Assembly (NCBI RefSeq): GCF_006345805.1
Contig: NC_043002.1
Span: 114,204,001-114,268,000 of the forward strand
Source of the DNA: Octopus sinensis
Taxonomy: Eukaryota
Reading direction: 5' to 3'
Length of the DNA stretch: 64,000 bases
Below, piece by piece: positions 37,644 through 49,439 of the stretch. A model generated the notes under the pieces. The model did not search any database and was not told where the DNA came from. It saw nothing but the letters and a program-made list of their open reading frames with translations. The position numbers and the translations under genes are program-made. Position 1 is the stretch's first letter. Each line of letters begins with the position of its first letter.

Positions 37644-37970
37644 ACTCTCTCTCTTTACTCTTTTACTTGTTTCAGTCATTTGACTGTGGCCATGCTGGAT
37701 CACCGCCTTTTAGTCGAGCAAATCGACCCCCCAGGACTTATTCTTTGTAAGTCTAGTACTTATTCTATCGGTCTCTTTTGCCGAACCGGGAACGTAAACA
37801 CACCAGCATCAGTTGTCAAGCGATGTTGGGGGGACAAACATAGACACACACACACACACACACACATACATACATATATATATATGACGGGCTTCTTTCA
37901 GTTTCCGTCTACCAAATCCACTTACAAGGCTTTGGTCGGAACATTGTGGCTGGTAAGCAAGCTACTTACC
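37644..37970 (-). mobile_element. SINE family C with an internal deletion
   Basis: Tail, microsatellite and partial head present. Confidence 0.85.
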
Positions 37971-38164
37971 CGAAATATGCAAACATACTTTTTATTGCAA
38001 TCACAGAAATAAACACGTGGAGAATAAGAAGAAAAAAAAACTCATTACAGATTCTCTCTGCTCGTACACGACTCTATTCACAAGTACTGTTCATAGTCGG
38101 TCCCTCCTTGATTTTTCTTAAAGTCAAGGTCACTGTTCGCAAGTTCCATCAACAACATTGCAGA

Positions 38165-39283
38165 TGTAGCAATATCGTCTCTCATTGCTATCTTCACTGT
38201 TTGAGAAGAGTATTAAGAATGACCTCGGTCAAGATTACAAACAGCTTTGGCTAGTTCAACATTGTTGTAAACACTAATTCGATTGGCTGACACGTTGGTC
38301 TCTACTACGCTCGCACCGCTGGTTATAACTTGGCGCAAAATGTCTCGACTTATTTTCGCGCCATAGTTCCAAGCAGCCAATCACAGCTTTCCATTTCTGA
38401 AGTTCACTGGGAGCCTGGTGAAGCTTATAAAACAAGGTTTCTCAGAAAAATATTCGTCTTAGGTTTCCAGTCCTTCTCGGGGCGAACCTCTGACCACACA
38501 GCTCGTCTTAGGTTTCCAGTCCTTCTCAAGGCGAACCTCTGACCACACAGAGCTCGTCTTAGGCTTTTAGTTCTTTTAAGAGCTAAGTCTCTGACCACAC
38601 AGAGATACTCGACCAAGTTCCAGTTCGAGGCAGGCGACCACCATTAATACAAGATGTTACAGATACCTCTCATACTGTTAGTGTGAAATATCACCATGAA
38701 GAAAACGGTTACAAGATATCTATAACTAGAGAAACATAACCAAGCAGAACATATGATGAAGAAGCAGCAAGAACCAATCGACAAACATCGAAGATTTAAT
38801 TTGTACACGAGACAACTACAGATTCAACTATAGCGGTTAGGTGAAATTCTCGCCATGGAAAAAACGGCTACAGTAACATGTCTGGAAGTATATTCATATC
38901 AAGAGAAAGATAAACACAACGAGTGATTCAATTAATCTCAACTGCGACATGCAATATCTTGATATGGAACTCTTACAGTGTACCTCATAAACGGTAAATC
39001 AATTATCTGTTCTTGGGTTCTAGTTTCTTCTAAGAACTACCTTAAGTCATCTGTTATTACTGTTGCTAGGCCGATACCAACAACATGAACTGTGAATCAA
39101 ATCCCATCGTCATTTCACTGGTCAGTACCTTTTTACGCCTAACGAACACACAGACACAAAAACATGCTAACACTTACAAACTTCCAACATCAAGCATGAT
39201 TGTAAAATATGTAAAATAAATAATGTATATATCTTAAAAAGAAATCTTGTTGTCATTCCAAACTTATGTGTATTGCCGCTGCA
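38165..39283 (+). mobile_element. Probable solo LTR related to 14185-15182
   Basis: TGTAGC...GCTGCA ends; ATTGG/CCAAT, TATAAAA at ~38426, three ~45-bp tandem units, AATAAA at ~39215; no TSD found. Confidence 0.55.
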
Positions 39284-40085
39284 TGTATTATATAGTCAGT
39301 AAATAAATTATTAAGAATGGGATCGCGTGCGACTGTAACTTATACGGTACGACCAAGCGTGATCCTATTTTTATACAGACAATTTGAACTATTTTTGACC
39401 GATCGTTCTTCACCCCACTTTATGAAAGTAGTAGTTGCTGCTACAGCTACTACTACTGCTGCTATCAGAATTTACTACTGCTACAATTAGAAACATACAA
39501 GTTGACGATTACATCGAGATGTTTTTCCCCGTGTCTGAATTATACCGGTGGCACCAATGAAAAATCCCTTTCTTTTTCTTTGTTGGGAGAAAAGAGAATT
39601 TACAGTAAAAACAAACCTTCAGCCCTCCCTCCAGCGTATAAATTACTTTAAAAAAGAAATATTTTAAAAGGGAAAAACGTGAGAAAAAAAAATTAAATTA
39701 ATTTAACGATAGACAAAAACATGAGCCTTCTCGCACATAAACACATTATTCACACATATACAAACATACGCAGACGCAAATATTGAAGTACTAAATGGCA
39801 CGTCAAATGTTATTTAACCGCGTGGAACATTTTACATGCATATCAATATTCTAAAGTTGGACCTACTATTCCTTATCCTAAAGCTACTTCAGATAACTAG
39901 GAACGGTTCCTGACTCGTTTCACCGTCTGCTTTCAGTCTTGGATTGTGGATTCGGTTCAGCCCAAACTCTCTCAGATTTTGTCTGCTGTTGCCTACACCT
40001 ACAAGGATTGCAGCTGTTTTTGTTCCTGTTTTAACTCAGATTTGTCCTAGAGCCCATAGAAGATTGTTTTTGGCAACCATCTATC

Positions 40086-41290
40086 ATGTCAGCTACCTAC
40101 AGATCGAAACTGAGATCTGCGAGAAGGGCTCGCTCTGCTGATCCTATTTTGGAGAATTCAGTTGGTGAGGCGATCGGTGATATCAGGCTTCCACATGGGG
40201 GCCCTCAAATCAGGACTTCTCATCAGGATGATGGTCTTACCAACAGTCATCTCAACGAGCAGTTGCTGTTGTTCAAACAAGAGGTCGAGCACCTAAAGTC
40301 TGTTGTTGCTCTTTTAATGAATAAACAGTCTCCTATTGACGCAGAGCCACCCTTGATTTCTTCCCTAAAGACGTCCAAAATGAAAGGAACAAAATCGAAG
40401 CGGCCAAGGAAGGCGAAGGAACCGGCGGTCGTTTCCGCACATGATCGTTTCTGTGCGGATTCTTCCTCATCTGTCTTTTCGGTCCCGGAGATTGCCCAAC
40501 CTGAATTGAGGAGCGTAGACTCAAACCCACCTGAAGACCGTTGTTCTCCCAAAAAGAAGAAACGTAGTCAAAACTCCAGTGGGGCAGATTTAGCTGCGAA
40601 ACCTGCTCACGATAAAATCTGTTTGGATTCTCCCTCACTTGTCCTTCCAATCAATGCCATTGCTCAACCAATTCTGAATGATCTCGATGTGAGTTCATCT
40701 GGGGAGTGGTGCTCCTCCAAACCGAAGAAGAGGCAGTGCAGTTCCAAACCAGGCGGGAAAGTTATGACCACTAAACCCATTCCGATCGACCCCAAAGGCC
40801 TACATAAGTCTGATGGCTATGAAACCACCCTTTCGAAATCATCCAACGAAGAATCGAATGCCGCAGCTCATAGTAGAGAACAGAAAGACCATTTTGCTCA
40901 CTCAAGATCAGCAATCATTTATGGTAAAGCTGAATCCACCTGTGATACAGGCATAAATCGCCTAAAAGAAGACATAAATTTTGTTTCCGTTTTAGTTGGA
41001 GAATTGTTCTCTGTCAACGAAAATGTCAGTATCCATAAGGTCGCTCGGCTAGGAAGATTCCAAGCGAACTCAACCTCAGACACGCCCAATAAGAGTAATC
41101 TTTTCTTCCGATCAAGAGGCTTCAACCCTTCTGAACAGAGCTCAGATGCATGCCTGGGAGGACCCCAATATGGGTTTTCGCGAGGAATACTCACTGAGAG
41201 AGAGAATTCGCCGGAGAAACCTAATATCCAAACTGAAGATGAGAAAACAGATGGGAGAGAAGGGTTTACGCATCCAAGATGGACAAATAA
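40086..41290 (+). pseudogene. CR1 ORF1 (one frameshift near 41085)
   Basis: Coiled-coil-like segment, RSAIIYGKAES..VARLGRF, then in the shifted frame FREEYSLRERIRRRNLISKLKMRKQMGEKGLRIQDGQII, typical of CR1/L2 ORF1 ends. Confidence 0.8.
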
Positions 41291-41296
41291 TCATGT

Positions 41297-43879
41297 ATGT
41301 TAAATCTGATCTCAAACCGTCCGGCGGTATTCTACCCACTAATGCTCAACCTACAACAAAATTTCGATGCCGTCTATTGCAAGCTGAGCCTATCCGGGTT
41401 TTGCCTGCCCGTGTTAGCTGTCTACAGGCCGCCTCTTGCCGATCCCCAGGTCGATGCTCATTTACTCGAAGCGATAAGATTCGTTTCAGCTTCTCATGAT
41501 TGTTTGATATTAGGAGACTTCAACGCTCCCACGATCGATTGGCCCGCATCAATTTGTACATCATTTTCCCGGTTCGGCTAGGCCCTTCTTGACGTGGCTG
41601 AAGAGTGTTTTCTATCGCAACATGTTGAATATCCGACAAGGCATCGGTCTGGGCAGCAGCCATCTATGCTGGATCTGGTATTCTCCCGCTATCCAAGATC
41701 AGTGTCAAGCTTATCTGTGTGCGCCCCTCTTGCCAAAAGTGATCATGCGGTCCTGAAGTTCGTCATGCACACAACTTTTTCTACGCCCACAACTACTTCG
41801 CTGCCACGTAGAGTCTTCTCTGCAATTAATCTTGAAATTCTAACCGAGGCTTCCGCGCTTCTGGACTGGCGATCCCTGATGACGTTGTCCTCAGTTGACG
41901 AACTATGGTCGTCCCTCAAAGCATATGTAATCTGGTTGACTGACCAAGCAGTTCCCGTTGGGCTTCCCAAGAAGAAGAAACACAAGCTCTGGGTGACGAA
42001 GAAGGTTAAACGAGAACTTCGACTCAGAGATATTGCTTGGGCTGAATTCAAAAATCTAGATTCGACTGCAGCTTTTGAGGTGTACAAAACTCAACGAGAC
42101 CGAGCCGTGAAAATTGAAAAGGAAGAACGCTTCAGATATGAATACAGAATCGCGGCAAACGCCAGTTGCAATCCAAAAACCTTCTTTGCCCATGTCCAAC
42201 GGAATTCCCGCTTGAACAACAAAATTGCAACGTTGGTAGACTCAACAGACGTATCGATTGAGGACCCCTATCAACAGAGTCAATTATTTGCCGAGGCTTT
42301 TTCAACTATTTTCAAACAAGATGATGGTCGTGAACCCCCTCCATTTGATAGATAGGTACCTCTAATGCTTCGATTGGTCATCACGCGGGACGAAGTAGAA
42401 CGCGTTATTCAAGGCCTCGATGTCAACAAGGGTCACAGCCCTGACGGCATACACCCACGGGTTATCAAAGCGTTGGCTCCGGTCATCTGCGAGCCTTTAA
42501 CACGTCTATTCAATATGTCATTGGCGACGGGTGTTATACCTGCGGACTGGAGAACAGCGATAATCTGCCCAATTTTCAAGAAAGGGAGCCGCGAAGACCC
42601 GCTTAACTACCGACCGGTTTCCCTTACTTCAATAATCAGCAAGATGTTCGAAACCATCCTTAAGAAAAGTATGATACTCCACCTCCAAAACACAGCCTCT
42701 ATCTCTGATTCCCAACACGGCTTCGTGCCGAAAAGATCATGCTTGACCAACTTACTGGTAATGGAAGAATTGGTGACGCGCATCCTCGATGATGGTGATA
42801 CTGTTGACATCGTTTTATTGGACTTTGCCAAAGCTTTTGACCCGGTAAACCACCGTCTATTACTTGTCAAGCTTCAAGCATATAGTTTTCATCCGGATAT
42901 TGTGCGATGGGTTGGTGCCTTCCTCTCAGATCGCTTCTTCCAAGTCCAAGTTAATGGTTCGCTGTCCGACGTCTCCAGTGCGAGCAGTGGCGTGCCTTAA
43001 GGTTCAGTGCTTGGGCCCTTATTGTTCTTAGTCTTCATAAATGACTTGCCCGACGATCTCACGCAACACACCCTTCTATTTGCCGACGATGTCAAACTGG
43101 TCGCTCCTCGCGGTGATATAGAGGATCTTCGTCGATGCCTCCACCAAATTTGGAGATGGTCTAACGAATGGGACCTGTGTCTGAACGTGTCAAAGTGCTG
43201 TCATCTGCCTGTTGGCTCTCCTCCTGCAACTCAACTTGATTTCGAGCCGGGTCGTCTGCTGCTGGAGAGAACCGACCAGGTAAAGGACCTGGGTATCTTG
43301 GTGGATTCCTCCTTTTCGCCTTCGACCCAGTGCGTCCATGCTGCCAACAAAGCATGCGGAGTTTTGTTCTTGATTCGACGGTCATTCGGAATGCTCACAG
43401 CAGCCATATTCCTACCGCTCTATGTCACGCTGGTGAGACCCATATTGGAGTACGGGATTCAAGCCTCTTCTCCTTATCTCCTCAAAGACATACAGCATCT
43501 CGAAAGAGTCCAGAAACTGGCTACCCGCATGGTTCTTGGTCTCAAGAATTTGTCTTATGAAGAAAGGCTGAAGACGCTCGACCTTTATTCTCTAGAAAAA
43601 CGACGACGCCGTGGTGATCTCATTCTTGCTCACAACATCATAAGCGGAAAGTGTAACCTCTCGAAAGAGCTGTTCTTCACTCCTGCTCCAGAGCGTCGGC
43701 TGCGGGGTCATTCCGAAAAGCTCTACCTGCGACGATTTCATCTCAATCGAAGGAGAGGAGCTTTCTCCGTCCGGGTTGCGGATCCGTGGAATAAGCTGCC
43801 GGGCGAGATGGTGAAGATGCCGACGACTGCTCGGTTCAAAGTCTCCCTTGACCACAAGTGGCCTGAACTCTTTACATGA
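41297..43879 (+). pseudogene. CR1 ORF2 (N-truncated APE endonuclease + reverse transcriptase), three in-frame stops
   Basis: VYRPP, LGDFN, LDLVF, SDH; NYRPVSLTS, QHGF, LDFAKAFD, SGVP*GSVLGPLLF, FADDVKL, RLRGH, WNKLP; the four ORF pieces share one frame. Confidence 0.93.
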
Positions 43880-44154
43880 ACACCACCCTGTACAAAACTC
43901 CATGTCCCCCTACATGGCCTTGCTTTTTGCTTTTTGAGCCAAAAAATTAACTAACTAACTAACTACTTTACCACACAGCCACTCCTACGCCCATATTGAG
44001 TTCTAACACCAGTATCGCTATGCTGAAATGAAACAACAACAACAACAACAACAACAGCAGCAGCAGCAGCAGCTGCAACAACATAAACACACACACACAA
44101 CACACGCACACACACACATACACACACCACACATGCACACACACGTACACTCAA

Positions 44155-45120
44155 ACGAGGTGTATTCCAGAAAGTTTGAGACTTTTTCTTTAGGAGAGGC
44201 AGTTATAAATGTCCTAGATTATTGTAATTTTGATATTTTATTACTATACATCAAATAAGATTTCCTACCAACATTTTTGTAATTCCACATTGAAGGGAGC
44301 AATTTGAACAAACCCTACTAAACATTGCTTGTCACGATTGACTAGTTTGTAGAATGCAGTCGGGATGTGACGCTAGTTTGGAAGCTGGCTATGCAATAAA
44401 GTTTCGTGTTAAAGTGGGCAAAACTCAAGAGATACTTATGAAATTCTCCAGACTGTTTATGGATTAACTTGTATGAGACGATCATATGTTTTTCGCTGGC
44501 ACAAGAGGTTCAAAGTCCGTAGAGTGGAGGTGAGAGATGATGAGAGGTACGGGATGGGGAGGAACGTCAGAACATCAGAGCTGGTTGAAGAATTTCGCAG
44601 TTTTCTGGATGAAGACATTCATGCGTCTATAATGACAACAAGGATGCTCTGTGACGAACTGAAAGAAAGACGCATTGGTGACAGCTGGGAGGCAGTTGAG
44701 CTCTTTATCTCCAATCCAAGAGTACTTGAGTCTCTGGTGACCTGTGGCCAAACCTGAATCTACTTCTATGGTCCAGAAACCGAAGAAGGCCAGGCAAAGC
44801 AAGTCCACCTGGAAGCTCCACTTTTTCGAGAGAAAGTCATTGGGTTCCCTCTGGCCAGACGGTCAACAATGAGTATTTTGTGGAGGTTTTCAGGGAGTTC
44901 AGGAAGATTTCTTCGCAAAAGGCCAGGGATCTTCCTCTTGGATCGGTAACACCTGCACAATCTAATTCTACAGGACAATCTACCAGTCTAGAATTCCATC
45001 CTGGCAAAGTACTACTTGGCAGAGGTGGGCATCAAAACTGTCCATCTTCCCTACAAGCCAAACCTTGCTCTCTATGACTTTTCATAGTTCCACATTTGAA
45101 GACATTGAGAAGATGGTGAA
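44155..45120 (+). mobile_element. Mariner transposon relic
   Basis: TIR-like CGAGGTGTATTCCAGAAAGTTTGAG; VFRWHKRFK..EVRDDER; LVTCGQT*IYFYGPET; degenerate PYSPDL motif near 45050-45080. Confidence 0.75.
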
Positions 45121-45549
45121 GAAATGTTCTATCACAAGCAAATGTCAATTTAATATTCCCGCTACACTTTAATTTTGTATTTTAGACACTTAATTTTAGT
45201 AATAAGAGTACCCAGTTGAAGAACTAGCTTTTCATATTTTCCCATTCTTTCTATTTTTCAGATACCGATCTTTCAAGTTTTGTCGCACCAGATCTGCAAA
45301 CAGCTTACCTTTTTGTAAAATTCTTATTCAATTCTCTTTATTTTCCAAAGACCGTTGTCAACTACTGGCACTTTTTAACTGTTCACTTCTCCACCGACCG
45401 CCAATAACTTCTCCTTTCTCTATTACCATCACTTTCCGTCTACTATCCTCTATTCCCTCCTCCGTTGATTTATTTAAGCTGTTTACTTACCAAAACTGTT
45501 AACCTCTGTTTTTATACTCTGAGTGCTTGAGTATTTTCATTATTCGGCA

Positions 45550-45960
45550 TAGAAATGACGTTAGCCAAACTTGTCCAAAATGCGCGCAGAGCGACGAAAC
45601 TGACCTATACGCACTCGTTCAGTGTCTGAGCATTGCTGATTTATAGCGCTTTGTTCTACAGCTCTAGAATGTATCTGGCTATTAACCAAGTTCATTGTGA
45701 AGGCTAGCCGCACCAAATTTCATTGGTTGAGAGGGTAGGCTGCTTCCTTTGTCTAGCGACTTTTGGGAAGAGATTGTGTTGTGGACACAACACAGAAAGT
45801 ATCGAAGACTGACACTTCACTCTTCGGCTGGCATTTTTGAATTTACTCCCAGAGAGAAAAGTAAAGTGTGAAGAGGGAAGTGTTCTCAGCTAGTGAATTT
45901 GTTGAAAAATAGTTAAAACAGGCAAATATGGCTCATGTGAACCCTAAGCATGCCCCTGTG
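45550..45960 (+). mobile_element. Tx1-like LINE C-terminal remnant
   Basis: TCPKCAQSDETDLYALVQC resembles the RT-associated zinc finger; downstream similarity to 19760-19875. Confidence 0.55.
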
Positions 45961-46814
45961 CTGGGGGGGGGGGGACTGTGAGAAGACACTTGCAATAATA
46001 GTCAGTCTACGACAAGTTCTGCAGGGTTCTTTAAGTAGTCCTTGATAGCTTTTGGATCTAGTTTTTTCATTTGCAAAATATGCATTTTTTAAGGACAGTT
46101 AAAAATCTGAAAATCAGCCATAATAATAAAGTTTTCCAGTCTAATTGCTATGAAGGTATGATGTGGAGAAAAAGAAATTGGACGGAAAAGCTACAGAGGT
46201 TCAAAAATCGAAAAATTGTGCATTTTTAGCTAATAGCGAGACAAATTTTCTGCGTTTAGCAGAGCGGTGTAAACTTTAAGGTTGTAACCTGTGAAATTTA
46301 TAGTTTAGCATCTTCATTGTAAGTTTCTAAATAAACAGAAATACTTAATTTCACTGTGGGTTTCTAAATAAACAGACATACCTAATAAAATCAATATGTA
46401 TCATCTTACTATTTTTTTGTCTCTTCATTGATTGTATGTTTTCATTATTTTAAAAAATTTGTTATTAATATATTCGTCTGCATGTATTTACATTATGCGT
46501 ATTTCAGTATTATGTATACCTGTCATGTATTTGTGTACATCATTAATATATAAGTGCATCATATGTGTGTGTGTGTGTGTGTGTATGTGAAAGGCGGGCG
46601 TCTATCTCCAAATCTTCAAAGTTGAGTAACGTTTTCATATTTGGATTTGTAAACTACGATAAGAATAACACTGGTCAACAAAGAATTTGTCCTGTATACA
46701 TGTTTTTGCATGCAGAATCCAAATATAATATCAAATTATCTGTACTAAGTTATATGTTCCATTCACCTTCGTAAGGCCAAGAAACTGTATAAACATCGCA
46801 AACAACTTTTGCTA

Positions 46815-47232
46815 TACTCTTTACTCTTTACTCTTTTACTTGTTTCAGTCATTTGACTGCGGCCATGCTGGAGCACCACCTTTTAGTCGAGCAAATCAAC
46901 CCCGGGACTTATTCTTTGTAAGCCCCGGTACTTATTCTATCGGTCTCTTTTGCCGAACCACTAAGTGACGGGGACGTAAACACACCAACATCGGTTGTCA
47001 AGCAATGCTAGAGGGACAAACACAGACACACAAACATATATACACACATACATATATATATATATGTGACAGGCTTCATTCAGTTTCCGTCTACCAAATC
47101 CACTCACAAGGCTTTGGTCGGCCCGAGGCTATAGTAGAAGACACTTGCCCAAGGTGCCACGCAGTGGGACTGAACCCGGAACCATGTGGTTGGTTAGCAA
47201 GCTACTTACCACACAGCCATTCCTGCGCCTAT
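46815..47232 (-). mobile_element. SINE family C, full length
   Basis: Reverse copy of 6758-7172. Confidence 0.9.
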
Positions 47233-47907
47233 ATATATGAAAAAATATGTAAAATATTAAGACAATTGACGAAAAATATCTATAATAAAATTTTAATTGG
47301 TAAGTATAAACTTTTATTAAATTTTTATTAGAACAAAACACGCGGGTGAAGTAAATCTCGTGGTGCGAAGAATTAACACATGCAGGTGAAACAATACAAC
47401 GTGCGGTTGTCATGGTAATAAGCTGTTAAAGCCACGCTGTCTGTTGATTGGCTAAAATTACCCAAATTTCCCAACTTTAATTCCAAATAACATCAGATTT
47501 TTTAATTTACGAGATAAAGTAATGGGTTGATCGTAATCAAAATTCAGAGTTGCATTGATACACCAAAACTGAAAGCAATCTGAGCAAAATTGAAGGGAAG
47601 GGGTCATTTTGCGAATAAGAAAGATTAGATCCTAGCTTTTTCCCGAATTGGGTACTAATTGCTCTAGTATTTTTCATTATCTCCTATTTTTGTTATTTTC
47701 TTTTTATACGTTTCCTATCAATCCTTTCATGGCTCTATCATCCTTGTTGTCTTTGAACCTTCGTAAAAAACAAAACAAAACAAGAAACAAAACAAAAAAA
47801 AAAAAAAGCAAATGGCTATTATGATTGAGGAACTGGCAGAAATGATTATTAGAATCGGTAGGAAATAATTTACTCGTTAATTGTTTCATTTTTAATTCTT
47901 TGAATGT

Positions 47908-48212
47908 GGAGGCACATAGCCTAGTGGTTAGAGCAGCGGACTCGCGGTCGAGGAGTCGCGGGTTCGAATCTCAGACCGGGCGATGTGTGTATTTATGGGC
48001 GAAACACCTAAGCTCCACGCGGCTCTGGCAGAAGGTAATGGCGAACTTCTTCTGACTCTTTCGCCACAACTTTCTCTCACTTTTTCCTCCTGCATCTTGC
48101 AGCTCACCTGCGACGACCGGCGTCCCGTCCAGATGGGGAACCCATACGCCAAGGAAACCGGGAAACCGGCCCTTATGGACCAGGCGTGGCTCGAGAAGGA
48201 AAAAAAAAAAAA
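47908..48212 (+). mobile_element. SINE family A (tail type 4, A-rich end)
   Basis: Family A head; candidate TSD TCTTTGAAT at 47897-47905 and 48216-48224. Confidence 0.85.
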
Positions 48213-49073
48213 TACTCTTTGAATCGGTTTGTTAATTTTTTTGTCTAACGCGCCCCCCATCCCAAATACACACACCGATGAAAAACAAAAAGTACTGTAA
48301 AGATATTTTTTTAAAAACCTATTAATTTAACATTTACGAATAAAATACTCCAGTTTAGCCCGATCCAAATTTATTTTAAGATATAAGCCATTCTTGTTTT
48401 ATTTCAAGCGAAGAGGTTAATAACTGACTCCTTGATGTTTGGATGGCAGTTAAAAAAAATGTTCCGTTGACGTCATTGCCAATGCCTTTTAATCTTCCAT
48501 GATTTAGAATAAGTCTCAAAAAACTCAGTTTTTTAAAAATTCTCTTTTATGTTGATAAACAGCGTTCAGGCTCTGATGTCACGAAAATAACAAACACCGG
48601 AGATAATGAAGAATACACCTTTAATACACCTGGATTTTTCTGAATCACCTTTTTCATTATGTCTATGTAAAGAAACTTGTAATGCAGTTTATTATTTTAA
48701 ATAAAATTTTTCGGTTCTTAATAAGTTGCTCATTCATCAATAGCCTACAGACTTCACTAAGTTTATCTATGCTTCCTAAAATGGATAGTGAAATTACATT
48801 TTCAGTATGCTTTATGTTTCTCTGTTTTCCATTTTGTTTATATTTCTAAAGCCATCTTTTGCCTATATTACACCGCTTCCAAGCAACAAACATAGAAAAT
48901 AGAAAAATACATTTTCTACTTCACGGAACCAGCCACGAAACCACCCCCGAAAAAAAAACAACTTTTCCTTAGGTACTATTCTTAATTAAAGCTACGAATG
49001 TAACTCTTAGTGATGCTTATTACTGGCAGAGATATTTGAATATCAGGCGAAGGACGGCCTCTGGTGTTAATAT

Positions 49074-49439
49074 TGATTTCAAATTTTGGCACAAGGCCAG
49101 CAAGTTCGGTCGATTACATTGGCCCTAGTACTCAATTGGTACTTATTCTATCGACCCTGAAAGGATGCAAAGTAAAGTCGACCTCGGCGGAATTTGAACC
49201 CAGAACGTAAAGACGAACGAAATGCCGCAATGCATTTTGCAGGGTGTGCTAACGATTCTGCCAGCTTGCCATCTTCTATTGTCTTGATATTGATTCCAAA
49301 TTTTGGTAAAAGGCCAGCAAATACGGTGGGAGGGGATAAATTGATTATATCAACCCCAGTATTTAACTGGTACTTATTATCGACTCCGAGAGGATGAAAG
49401 GCAAAGTCGAGCTCAGCGGAATTTGAACTCAGAACGTAA
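49074..49439 (-). mobile_element. Two tandem family B SINEs, the second split by an RTE LINE (remainder at 52050-52095)
   Basis: AAAGTCGACCTCGGCGGAATTTGAAC-like motif occurs twice. Confidence 0.8.

Larger units (their letters stand above)
39890..43962 (+). mobile_element. CR1-clade LINE, near full length and young
   Basis: 5' UTR, ORF1, ORF2 and (CTAA)n tail; candidate TSD CTACTT at 39884-39889 and 43963-43968. Confidence 0.92.
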
